From assembly GCF_006345805.1 (NCBI RefSeq), contig NC_043008.1, forward strand, positions 28,396,001 through 28,460,000: a stretch of 64,000 nt of DNA, in the 5' to 3' direction. The position numbers and the translations under genes were made by a program. The DNA is from Octopus sinensis (taxonomy: Eukaryota). Of the stretch, positions 50,376 through 63,477 are shown piece after piece (the stretch's first letter is position 1; the number at the start of each line of letters is the position of its first letter). The notes under the pieces were generated by a model, which saw only the letters and a list, made by a program, of their open reading frames with translations, did no database searches and was not told the origin of the DNA.

Positions 50376-52852
50376 TTTTGCACAGACAAGTATGCCAATT
50401 TATTCAGCAATCCTAATAATGTGGAAGAGAAAATATTTCCCACAGATGAAATAGACGCTTCTGGCACAATGTAACAAAAGGTAATTACAGTATCTATGCA
50501 AATCTATATTTCATTTTCTTACTAAAAATAATGGCAGTTTTTACACATCATTTGATACTTACTATTCTATAAATAAATTGAATTCATCTAAAATCATTGA
50601 TGGTGAAAATTGCAAAAACCTATTGATTTGTGTGAGACTATATTCCTGTGAGTAGGGGTGGACATTGTGAAACACGTCTGATTTGACATGACCGATTAAA
50701 TAAATATAGCAAAATCTCATATAACATTGAAAAGATGTCAGATATTGGTTGTAAGTTGGAAGCCTATTAAAATGGTGATACGAGTGAGATGATTATTATT
50801 TTATTAAGATTAATATAAAGGAAATATAAAGAGAATAAAAAATATAATTTCACGAAATGTAGAGATTTTGTAAACAGTCAAGATATCTTTAGAAACAGAA
50901 TAAGTATGCCGGTGAATGTTATTCAGTTTTTCTTGTAGGAGATTGATAGGTATTTCATCAAATTTGCAATTAAAAGAATTTGTTTAATCTCTGTGTAATT
51001 ATTCCCGGTACAGTTTATAATTAACTAGTTTTGTTTTGGATCTAACTGTTATGAAAAACTTGTGTATTCTATATTAGGATATTAACTGTCAGTAACATAT
51101 GTTTTGTTTAGGTAAAAAAATATTCTATCATGACTTGAGTAGAATAATTAAGATATCACGAAGTACATCTTTAACAGAAAGAATATGTATACTTTTAGGG
51201 TGTGTCTTTCTTGAAATTATATAGTTCAGTTTGTAAATGGTTTCAAAAACAAAGATTTGTAATATTCACCAGAAGGTATTAATAACTGTCCCAAATATTC
51301 ACAGATGTGTATTATGGTCGTTGGATTATTTACAGGGTATAATATGCAAAGTTTGCACCAAGTGTGTATGAATCGCGTTAACATGCGATACTTGCATGTA
51401 TGAGATCGTTATACGAATACGACATTGATTAAAGGTTTAGAAAAAGTATAGTTTTACTCAATGGTCAGACCTATTAAATATATTGGATGTTATATCAGGA
51501 ATTAACAAAGGAAAGTATTTAAGAGGATGGTTGTACGCAGAATGCAAATTTTCTCCCATCGTTTTCTCTTTCTCACTTTCTCTCTCTCCCAACATCTCAC
51601 CATGTTTATGTCTATTCCTATTCTTACGAAACACAGACTCCTGTAAAATCTTTCTAGTTCTAGTTCTCTGCGACGTGTTAATTTCACCACTAACATAATA
51701 CCTCTACTCAGCGAGTCTACATTTACTTAGTGCGTATATGTAAACAAACAATTCGCTTACTTATGTTTCATTGTGCTTAAATATACAGAACGGCAAAAAG
51801 GTACCCTGTTAATGTAAATGTGTCCAAAATTAAGCTTAGGAAACATGTTTATTATTTTGTAGATTTTAATATAAATATGTAAAACTACAGTTTAATAAAT
51901 TCAATCACACATTGTATTTTACTTTATCACTAAGGTTTAGTATTACTCGTGCCTTAAACTAATGGAATTGATACATTTTCCCATAAGTTTATGCATGAAA
52001 TCCTTTTACAATTTAAATTTTGTCCTTTAATTCCACTCGCAGTTTTTCTTTAACGTCTTTTAAAAATTATCACATGTATCTAATTTCAATATTTCTTATA
52101 GAAGCTTTCATCGCACAGTCGCTGTTACGTAAAAGTTGCATTCTTTGTTTTTAATTTTAACGTACTCTAACTTTTAAATTCACTGCCATCTCTTTTGTTC
52201 GTTATTCTTTTTGCGAAGTTTTCTTTGTTCTCCCCGTCCACTTCCACCGTCTTTCTATTCCATTTTCTAACATAACTATAAAACCTTAACTCTTGCCGTA
52301 AACTCATTTATATATTCAATAAATTTATTTGTGTTTAATTGTTGCTTTTATTTTCGAATACAATATGCATTGTTTTTTTCAGATAACCTCTTTTTACATA
52401 TTTAATCTAAATTGAAATCTTTTTTGTATAGATCTACATTTCTACATGTAACTTTCTCAGGTTCCATGTCTCTTATGAGTAAAGATGAGTAATGTTTATA
52501 TTATTTCGGTAGCATTTAATGGTATGCCATCCTGATAATTACAGTTTTAGAATATAAATTCTCCCAGTCAAATCAGATTTAAACGGTTATTCGAAGAGTT
52601 ACTAAATAATAATAATAACTACACTGTATGTAGATACATATAAATAGATATAAACCATTGTACTCTCCATCGATGTTCCAACGAAAACATCTTAAACTTA
52701 GTATGAAATTTGCAAATCGACCATAATTCTTAACATGAAAATACGTTTTAAGAAATTTTCCAAAGAATATATAGTGATAAAAGGAAAATATAATAACAGG
52801 GTAATTATAACTTTGGTATTACGTTCATGTATTACGGTTTCAGTCAGCTTGA

Positions 52853-53062
52853 GGGTGAGCTAGCAGATTCGTTAGCACGCAGGACAAAAAGCCTCGTGGC
52901 ATTTCGTCCGTCTTTGCGTTCTGAGTTCAAATTCCGCCGAGGTTATCTTTAAATTTCATCATGTTGTTGATAAAATAAGTATATGTTATGTACTGGGCTC
53001 CATGTAATCCACTTCACCTCCCAGAGAATTGCATTTCCTTGTGCCAAAATTTGAAAGCATTA
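52853..53062 (+). mobile_element. tRNA-derived SINE (MetaSINE-like); a more decayed tandem copy follows to ~53275
   Basis: ggtgagctagcagattcgttagcacg...gttctgagttcaaattccgccgagg...ccttgtgccaaaatttgaaa. Confidence 0.75.
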
Positions 53063-53523
53063 TGTGTACCAGATGTGTAAGGCAGAGTTCTTTCAGAAGC
53101 AGAAATGCTTAGAAGCATGTCGCTCAATTTTATGTTCATATTTGAAATTACCCGAGATAAACATTGCTCTTCTTCCTTTCCGATCAACAAAATAAGTACC
53201 AGTGGCTTGTTATAATAGAGCAGCTCACTTTCATGAAAGATTCAAGGTTTGCACCTGTAGTAGAAATGATTATTTATACAAGTTATTTTTATTATTAAAA
53301 GTATATTTTGATATCTATCTTCTTTCAGCCATTAGACTGCAGCTATACTGGGGAATACTGCCTTGAGGAATTTGAAGGGAATTATTCGATCGCAGCACTT
53401 ACGTATTAATTCTTTCAGCATTTTTTGCCTAACCACTAAATATCGATGACGTTAACATACATACACCGGATGTCAAGCGGTGAAGGGAGATAAAAATAGA
53501 TAGAAAGACACCCATATATATAC

Positions 53524-53571
<48 letters not shown>

Positions 53572-55001
53572 TATATATATATGGTGCACGAATACCCCCG
53601 TATATATAGTCAAACGCAGCATAAAATTTTGTCAGTGAACAGGACGCCGTTTCAAAGTAACGAAAATATTTTGACACAAATTAAATTTAAATATTGAAGT
53701 GAAACTAACAGCAGCGTAGTGAATAAGATCTTGCGTAGTGAATAACAGCGGTGGTTTCCTCTGTAGGCTGGGAGAGGCATAGATTTTAATTTGTATACAT
53801 TTGTGTTTGGCAAATTCATTAAGGGGTCATCCATTAAGGATTTAGTCTGTTGATCACAAATTTGGATGATAATTGTAGGTTGAATCTCTGTTCGTTGCTG
53901 TTTTTGTCGTTGTTGTTGTTGTTCTTATTGATATATTTCTTGCTCTTTTTGAAGAGATGATGGGTGGGTAACAAACTCCGTTTGAATGGGCTATGAACAG
54001 CTGGAATCTGAAACGTCGATCGTTTCATTAAGTAGGTCATCAATTGTGGTTGAATTAAGGTGGGTTAGTGGTTGGGGCTGAGTCATTTGATGCTCCTGCT
54101 GCGATGGTTATTGTTGTTGCCGTAGTAGTTATTGTCGTTTTTGCTGAGATGGTTGTTGTTGTTGTTGTTGTTGCTGTTGAACTGTATTTGAAGAGAAAAC
54201 GGGTTCGAATTTTTTCGAAATGTCTGTTACTTAATTTAAATGGCTCTTCAAATTGTTTAAATTTGTTTTGAATCTGATTTTTCGGGTCGATATTCTAAGA
54301 CCCTACGTGTGGCTATTAGGTTCTGGCATGATGTGTCTATGTTCTCCGTTTTGGTAAGACAATACCATGAATTTATTAGAAGATCTAATTCATTATCAGA
54401 CCATATTTGTTTAGACTTTTTTTGTTGAGTAGTCATCCTAGGTTTTTTTAAAAAATATATTTGTTTGTTAATTATTTATTTACTCCTAGTGTGAGTGATT
54501 TGATGTGCAGGAACTTATGCTACAATATGGATGAATGAGTGCAAATTTTATTTGTGTTTAAGATAAATATTTAAAGATGCTTGGAGGGAGATAAATATGT
54601 ATATGACAGGGCAGAACTTTTCATTTTGATGAGGAAATTTGTAGTTCTGAAAAATTTATATGCTGATGTTGTTAATATAGAAGATAGAAGATAGGTAGCT
54701 GTGTGACTTGCTTCAAAATTTATTTGGCTGAATTTCTCACTTATCAAAGTTTTAAAGTTTCAAAGTTTTAAAAGATGTGCGTTTGTGCGTTCGATCAGAG
54801 AACACTATAGAAATGCAAGTTTTTAAACTAAGTGTGAAACAAATCTAAAATGCTCAGAGTAAATTATAGATATTCTTGATTTTCAGAATTATTTTGCAGT
54901 TGTTGTTCTGCTGGGTTGTATTAGTGGTTCTCTGTATTTGGCTCCTGACTGGTCAGAGTAAACTTGATATAATAATAACAATAATAATAATTATAATAAT
55001 A

Positions 55002-55070
<69 letters not shown>

Positions 55071-55624
55071 GCCCTGATGCAGTACTAGACAGTCGTTCTC
55101 ATGGCTTCTAATCTTAACTGATTGGAAGTGTTATCATGTACATTGTTTTGTCTCGGTATAACAGATGGGCTACAGCAAATATTTTGCTCAATATCACAGA
55201 TTTGCTTGTCAGTTGTTTGACCTTAACCAATTGAACATGTCCCTTAGTGGACGACGATAAGTACATCTCTCATCACGAGCAGAACTAGTGGGGGAGCATC
55301 ATAACCATGTGTTGAAAGGGATTCTTGGAGGTTGGAATAAGTTACCTCTGGAAACATGGGTGTTTCGTTCAACATCCTTAAACAACCCTTATTCAGGGAG
55401 CTTATGAGTGGGATGGGTTCCTCGACCAGAGGGAAATTCTAACTGGGCCCCACCTGGAAGGTCACGTTCTGTTTACCTTGATACGAGATCACCATATCGT
55501 GCACATATGTTTGTGATGCATGTGCCTAGTGTACTCTTATCAGACGGGTAGTGATGATGAGTTTACTGGGCTTCGTATACTTTACCTCGTGTCACTTTGA
55601 TGACATGCACTTCTCTCTCCCTCA
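55071..55624 (+). mobile_element. ~550-bp non-coding interspersed repeat (copy 2) within (AAT)n
   Basis: Full-length homolog of 32587-33120; (AAT)n at 54965-55068 and 55625-55760. Confidence 0.8.
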
Positions 55625-55724
55625 ATAATAATAATAATACTAATAATATTGATAATAATAATAGTAGTAGTAATAATAATAATAATAATAATAATAATAT
55701 AATAATAATAATAATAATAATAAG

Positions 55725-55761
<37 letters not shown>

Positions 55762-55816
55762 GATATAACAACATGGATGTTCCCTGGGAGCCTCTCTCCA
55801 AAAAACGAATTTAATC

Positions 55817-58452
55817 TGTAGTGACGCTATACAGCGGCGCGCGCGCACCTTCCATTTTCTATTTCGCGCGTGTGGTGCCTTCACCAAGGCACAGAGAGGA
55901 AGGGGCCCTCTCGCGCATGCGCGTAGCACCGGAAGAAGAACCCTTTTGCCTCGTGGCAGTTAGCCGAGGCAAGGGGATCGTAGAACGTTTGACCACTAGC
56001 AGCAGTCAGCAACGACTTGAGACATGGCTATCGAAGGTACAACACGTATATTCTCTCTGTCCGTATTTGATAGCAGTCGGCTGAAGCTTTTAACCAAATT
56101 GTTGCAGACTACATCATCTTCCTTTCTCCGGACGCCATCTTTGACAAGTGTCGTTTTGCATTTGAACACTTTCTTATTTTACAACGATAAGGTTCAGCTA
56201 AGACACATCTATACCAAAGGGATGCCAGATACACCAATTATCTGTTACCACATAAGAGAATAAAGTAGATATATATTATTTACGTTTGCGTCTTGTTTGT
56301 TTCTGACGGGTAGAATTCTGGATATTAAAGCAACGGATAGTGATTTGCTTCTCGCACCCTCAAAAGGTCCAGAGAAGAAATTCACACTAGTTCGTTTCAC
56401 TGGTGAACCCCCGACGTGAATCTGGTCTAAAACCAGAGATCACTTAACAACAAAGAAATCCAGTTTTTCTGCTAGGTCGGAACACGATTTAACTCTACGC
56501 AGTCATCATCTTTCGACGATTTGTTTCCGGTCCCCTCGGACAGTTATAGAAGGAGTCTTTTTTATTCTTCAACATAATGACGGACGCCATCATATCATCG
56601 ATGCTTTTTCTCTGCCTTCGTCATCACCATCGTTGTCTTAGAACTTCACGTCGTCGTTATCTTCGTCGCCATCACCACTAAGAACAATGTTGTCTCAAGT
56701 CCACTACAGTCGCCTTCCACCACCACCGTCGCCTTTCAACACCGTCGACCAAGATGTACATAGCAACTCACGGAACTTTAGCTTTCATGCTGTTCGTGCG
56801 TAGCGCGCCAAGGATTAACAGCCCAGACTATCTGCGAGATTCTTCTGTAACGAGTTAACCTGTCACAGCATTGAAGCCACAACCGCTACACGATATGTGT
56901 TCAATCGGCATCTGCATTTGTGATTTCAACATTCTGTTACAGAACGAACTGCTATTGTGCATCAGGCTATTAGAGACTGGTAAATTAACTCCATTGTCTG
57001 AGATAGCCCTGAGAGACGTTTTTGTATGCGCAGTATTTTTATTTTTGCTCGCATTCACCTTGTATGTATTTCTGGCGCACACACGTACACACACATAAAT
57101 GCTATCTCTCTCACATACATACGTCACACATGCTTTTCTCGCTTGTTTTTCCATGCTAATTTGCCTTTGTGGACACACCTCATTTCTGTAGACCCTAGGT
57201 CGGTCACGTATACATAGAGAGGGTTGTTTGTCCATTATAACGCGCCGGCATGCCATACTTTTTTTCCTGTACGAACGAGGCATATAATCGCTCAACCACT
57301 GGCATATTCATTGCTGTTTTTTCGGTGTGGCAAGCCCTATAGCATTTCATGCGCCTTTGCTTCGCACGTGTATTGCCTTGTTTTTGCAACACGTTTGCGT
57401 TAGCGTAATTATTTTTCCCTGTTAGACCCATGTTGGTCACGTAATTAACAGAGAAAATTATCTGTGTCGCGCATCACACCAGCATGCTTGCACTTTTGCC
57501 TTTTGTGTTACTAGCGATCTATCTGTCGATTCCATTTCCTCTCCTGCAGCAATTGATTTAACTGCTATTTCGCACGACCAACCACCTTTAGAGGAGTTGG
57601 ATTTAATTTCGCCTAGGTTCATTAACTGTGAATTTTGCTTCCCTTTAGCGGAAGGCTCTATACTTTGTGACGTATCCACTTTCACGCATGCACTTTTGAT
57701 TTTTGCTCCTTTTGAGTATTTTTTTCTCTTTTTTTCCTTTTGTAAATTTCTTGTGTATGATGTAAATTTTGCCATTTTATTATATTGTGTGCTATTTGGT
57801 TATCTGGTATCCACCTTGAGTTTTATAGTCACTACAGGGAATTTTATGTCGTGCTTCGCACTGGGGTGGAGCTCTGTAGTGACGCTATACAGCGGCGCGC
57901 GCGCGCACCGTCCATTTTCTATTTCGCGCGTGTTGGAGCCTTCACCAAGGCACAGAGAGGAAGGGGCCCTCTCGCGCATGAGCGAAGCACCTGAAGAAGA
58001 ACCCTTTTGCCTCGTGGCAGTTAGCGGAGGCAAGGGGATCGTAGAACATTTGACCACTAGCAGCAGTCAGCAGCGACTTGAGACATGGCTATCGAAGGTA
58101 CAACACGTATATTCTCTCTGTCCGTATTTGATAGCAGTCGGCTGAAGCTTTTAACCAAATTGTTGCAGACTACATCATCTTCCTTTCTCGGACGCCATCT
58201 TTGACAAGTGTCGTTTTGCATTTGAACACTTTCTTATTTTACACACGATAAGATTCAGCTGAGACACCAAAGGGATGCCAGATACACCAATTATCTGTTA
58301 CCACATAAGAGAATAAAGTAGATATATATTATTTACGTTTGCGTCTTGTTTGTTTCTGACGGGTAGAATTCTGGATATTAAAGCAACGGATAGTGATTTT
58401 CTTCTCGCACCCCCAAAAGGTCCAGAGAAGATATTCACACTAAGTCGTTTCA
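55817..58452 (+). mobile_element. Complete non-autonomous LTR retroelement
   Basis: LTRs 55817-56399 and 57875-58452 with TG...CA ends. 4-bp TSD AATC. PBS TGGTGAACCCCCGACGTGA at 56401-56419 (tRNA-Trp-like). PPT GGGGTGGAG at 57863-57871. No recognisable gag/pol inside. Confidence 0.92.
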
Positions 58453-58759
58453 AATCCAACAACACCGTTGCAATGGAAGAAATGTTCCACAAAATATCTT
58501 TTCCAAATGTTCTTTTAAGGCAAAGTAACTAAAAAGTCCGAACTATTATTGCCATATATAGTATGGTTTTCTTTCTTTTATGCATAATATTTCCATGTGA
58601 CATGCATAAGAAATAGAAGCGAACATCAGAGCTCTTGAAAGACAGTAAGTACATAAATTGATTAATTAATTAATTAATTAAATAAGTATACATGCAACTG
58701 TTTATGCATACACGTAGACATTTTAATTGTAAAGTATACCTGCAACTGTTTGTGCATAC

Positions 58760-61700
58760 ATGTACCCCTCTGATGTCGCCGTCAATCATTTAATAAAAAC
58801 AAGCCAAAAATCATGCCGGATCGGTCATCGTCCGGGACAACAAGGACCGCGTTACCCTGTAGGGAACCAGACTGGGGTCGAAAAGTGTGCTGCTGGAACA
58901 AACTCGCAAAAGACGATCTACCAGGTGACCAGAACCAGAATACTTCTAACTCTGGACTTGTAGTGACACCACCAAAAACACCACCTAAAGCAAAACGTAT
59001 AAAATGGACCAGAGAGGACTATAGAGATGTGTTGAAAGCTTTTTATACAGCCCAACTAAACCCAGACAATAACCTCAGTGTACAACATACATCTCATGGA
59101 GAAATTCAGTAGGCAATGACGTACGTAGATATATAGACGCAAAAAAATTAAGTAATGTACGCAGAGATATAATTAAAAACAAAGGCTAACTGACGCTGAA
59201 ATTGACAAAATTAGGACACTAATAGCTCATGGTAGACCAAAAGAAAACAACAACAATGTAGAAGAAATAGGTAACAGTACCACAGAAACCAGTGTACAAG
59301 CGGCAAATCAACTTCCCAATGGGGAAGTTAAACAAAGAATAGCGAAGACGAGAGATTTGAAAAAAGAGGAGAACGTAGACCTTCCTCAAGAAAACCAAAA
59401 TAGATATGACATAGAATTTGAGGTGAATAATAGAGAAAAGATTATGGAAGCAAAAGTGGACATTATGAGAGAACTCGGCAAGATTGAGCTCACTGACATA
59501 GTTAATAGAGAACCACTACCAAAGTTTTCAAATGGCACAAGAAATAACAACACAATCATGACATATAACGTTGCCCTAGGACAGATCTTAAGAAATAAGG
59601 GGAATGATTTGACAACCTTAAATAATCTCATTTATTCCACTGCTAAAGTAGTAACTACCCAACTAGGTATTAAGATGACAAAGAAAAAGGCCAGGCATGT
59701 CAATGAACCTCCTAAGTGGAAAGTAGCGATACAAAAAGAGATTGAATCTCTGCGGGCGGATGTTTCAGTTCTCGATGAGCTTGCTAGAGGAGTGAATATT
59801 AAGCCGAGAAAAGCTAGAAAAATCAAGCAAAAATATAAAATCAAAGATCTCATAAAACTCCCTGCAACTAAGGAACTGTTGAAACAACGGATACAGTTGA
59901 AAGCTCAACGGCTTAGAAGGTATGACAAAAGAAAAAAATTTTATCGACAAAATAAATTTATTAAGACAGATGCAAAGAAATTTTATAGGGAAATTGGCAA
60001 AAATAAAATACACATAGAAGATCCACCTAAGATTGAGGAAGTGGAGGAGTTCTGGAAGAAGGTATGGAGCAACGAAAAAGAGTTTAATGCTGAGGCTGAC
60101 TGGATAGAACGTGAGAAAGAGAGACTGGATGAACTTGAAGAACAGAAATGGGAAGCAATAGGAATAGAGGAGCTAAGGTGTGTCCTTAGGAAGGCTCATA
60201 AATGGAAAACCCCAGGACTGGATCGGATCCCTAACTTCTGGCTGAATTGTTTGACAGAGGTACACGAACATCTCGCTGCATCTCTGTCTGATGTCATTCA
60301 GAACCCAGAGCAAATACCTGCTTGGCTGACTGAAGGAACCACCTACCTATTACCTAAAACCGAAGACACAAGAAACCCAAAGAATTACCGGCCAATAACA
60401 TGTCTCAACACCACCTACAAAATCCTCACATCCATTATAACGGAGAGAATGTACGCTTTCCTTGAACAAAATTCTATCCTTCCACAAGCTCAAAAAGGTT
60501 GTAAAAGAAACTCTTATGGGTGCAAAGACCAATTGCTCATAAACAGAATTATTGTAGAGAATTGCCGGAGCAAAAACAAAAACCTGAGTATGGCATGGAT
60601 AGACTACAGGAAAGCGTATGACAGTGTCCCACATAAATGGATACTCAAGGCCCTTGAGATATACAAGATCTCTCCTGTCGTCTCAAAATTCTTAGAGAAT
60701 AGCATGACCATGTGGAACACACGTCTCTTTCTAAGCCATAGTAATGGGATGAGCCAGTCCAACAGCATTAACATCAAACGAGGCATCTTTCAAGGTGACT
60801 CCCTCTCTCCATTACTTTTTTGCATGGCACTGATCCCACTCTCAAACGAATTGGATAGTACCAGGTATGGGTACAAAGTTTTTAGTAAGTTAATAAACCA
60901 CCTTTTCTATATGGACGACCTAAAGCTGTATGCCAGGAATGACCAAGAGCTAGAAGGTCTGCTAACAACTGTTAAAGAGTTTAGCAATGATATCGGAATG
61001 GATTTTGGCCTTGATAAGTGTGCTAAAGCAACTTTTGTAAGAGGCAAGCTCAGGCAAACAGCTTCTGTTAAATTAGATATTGACACTACCATCAAGGAAC
61101 TTGACCCACAGGAAAGTTACAAATACCTAGGAATCAACGAAGGAGATGGTATACATCATGCTACTATGAAGGAAAAAATAAGAAAGAAATACTATAGGAT
61201 AATAAGGCTTGTACTGAAGATTGAACTCAACTCCAAAAATTGCAATGAGGCCATTAACACCCTGGCACTTCCAGTAGTCCAGTACAGTTTTAACATCATT
61301 AGCTGGAACCTTACGGAACTCCAACGCTTGGACAGGAAGACAAGAAAGGTACTGACATCCAAGAGCATGCACCACCCTAAGGCAGATGTAGACCGCTTGT
61401 ACCTACCTAGAAGCAGCGAGTGGAGAGGAATGATGCAATTAGAGCTGTGCTATAAGACCTCTACTGTAGGAATGAACAGGTACCTATCTAGTACAAAGGA
61501 CTGGATGCTGCAACTTGTGTGCGAACACGAAAGCAGCAAAAAGCTGTATTCTATTGTCAAGGAAGCTTATAAGTTCGAAAGGGAACTAGACATTAACCTT
61601 GAATCAGATGAAGAGCCGGAAACCACTGCTGCCAAGCAAGCAAAGCGAATCAAGCAGACTGCAAAAAAGAACGGGCAGAATCAAATTGAGAGGCGGTGGA

Positions 61701-62620
61701 GCCAGAAGCCCCTGCATGGACAATATATTCTCCGAAGCCAAAATGCTCATGTAGACCAAGCAACAACCCATCAGTGGCTGAAGAGCTCTGGATTGAAAGC
61801 AGAGACTGAAGGTTTCATAATGGCAGCACAAGATCAAAGCTTGTTTACCAGAAATTACCAGGCTAACGTTCTTCGAAACGGTACTAACCCTAAATGCAGA
61901 TTCTGCGACACATTTGACGAAACGATAGACCATCTCGTTTCGGGATGTCCTGTGCTGACACCAAACGAATACAAAAATCGCCACGATAGGGTAGGACAGT
62001 ATATACATTGGAAGTATATGTAAACACTACAAATCCGACACTCCTGCTAACTGGTATGAAACACCATCCTCAGCCAGTTGTTGAAGGTAAAGATGTCACC
62101 ATCCTCTGGGATTTTCCAGTCAACACTGACAGAACGATCAAGGCTAATCGACCAGACATAAGTGTTAAAGACAGGGAAGAAAATACCTGCAGACTAATAG
62201 AAGTAAGCGTCCCCACTGATAAAAATGTATCTGTCAAGGAATTTGACAAACTTAGTAAATATAAGGACCTGGAAATCGAAATACAGAAGATGTGGAATCT
62301 TAAAACAAAAACTGTTCCTGTTATTGTAGGTGCCCTAGGTATGATAAAAAAGGGATGTCAGAAACACCTAGACAATATCCCTGGAAAACCATGTCTCAAG
62401 GAAATCCAAAAGATTGTGCTAACAAGTACTGCCCACATCCTTAGAAAAACCCTATCAAGGTAAATGTTTGTGTTTGCATTACATGGATATATATCTCTAC
62501 TTCCCCTCCCCAAGTTTTCAGCTATATTTTAACAACTCTTAACCTTCACTTGCCCTAGGGCGCTGGGTGTGCCCCGACAGGTGATTGCATCAAACATGCA
62601 GATTAAAAGTAAATGACAAT
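58760..62620 (+). mobile_element. R4/Dong-clade non-LTR retrotransposon, near full-length, family C
   Basis: ORF pieces 58813-59112 (KWTREDYRDVLKAFY), 59357-62023 (888 aa: RT with YMDDLKLY, CCHC finger) and 62008-62463 (RLE: ANRPDI...LIEVSVPTD..K..KYKDL). About three frameshifts; 3' UTR, then (AAT)n. Confidence 0.93.
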
Positions 62621-62621
62621 G

Positions 62622-62715
<94 letters not shown>

Positions 62716-63463
62716 GATCTTAACTGATTGGAAGTGTTATCATGTACATTGTTTTGTCTTGGTATAAAAGATGGGCTACAGCAAATATTCTGCTCAATAC
62801 CACAGATTTGCTTGTCAGTTGTTTGACCTTAACCAGTTGAGCATGTCCCTTAGTGGCTGACGATATGTGCATCTCTGATCACGAGCAGAAGAGAAGTAGT
62901 GGGGGAGCATGCCCTGATGCAGTACCAGGCAGTGGCTCTCATGGCTTCTGATCTTAACTGATGGGAAGTGTTATCATGTACATTGATTGTCTTGGTATAT
63001 AAAAGAGGGGCTACAGCAAATATTCTGCTCAATACCACAGATTTGCTTGTCAGTTGTTTGACCTTAACCAGTTGAGCATGTCCCTTAGTGGCTGACGATA
63101 TGTGCATCTCTGATCACGAGCAGAAGTAGTGGGGGAGCATCATAGCCATGTGTTGAGAGGGATTCTTTGGGGTTTGAATAGTTCACCTCTGGAACATGGG
63201 TGGTTCTTTCAACATCCTTAAACAACCCTTATTCAGGGACCGTTTGAGCAGGATGGGCTACTCAAAATGGAAGAAAATTCTAACTGGGCCCCACCTCCTG
63301 AAGGTCATGTGCTGTTATCTTGATATGAGATCACCATGTCGCGCACATATGGTTGTGATGCATGTGCCTGGTGTACCTTTATCAGACGGGTAGTCATGAT
63401 GGGTATATTGGCTTCGTATATTTTACCCCAGTGTCACTTGATGGCATGAACTGCTCTCTCACT
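62716..63463 (+). mobile_element. ~550-bp repeat (copy 3): partial copy 62716-62910 fused to a full copy 62911-63463
   Basis: gatcttaactgattggaag...gggggagcat immediately followed by gccctgatgcagtacc...; sits in the (AAT)n tail of Dong C. Confidence 0.85.
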
Positions 63464-63477
63464 CAATAATAATAATA

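Noticed and set aside
55071-55140. HDV-like ribozyme at the 5' end of the 550-bp repeat or of Dong C
   Set aside because: Could not build the P1-P2-P3-P1.1-P4 nested pseudoknot by eye.
56855-58145. ORFs of 105-182 aa inside the LTR element
   Set aside because: No gag, protease, RT or integrase motifs; they overlap on both strands and are likely incidental.
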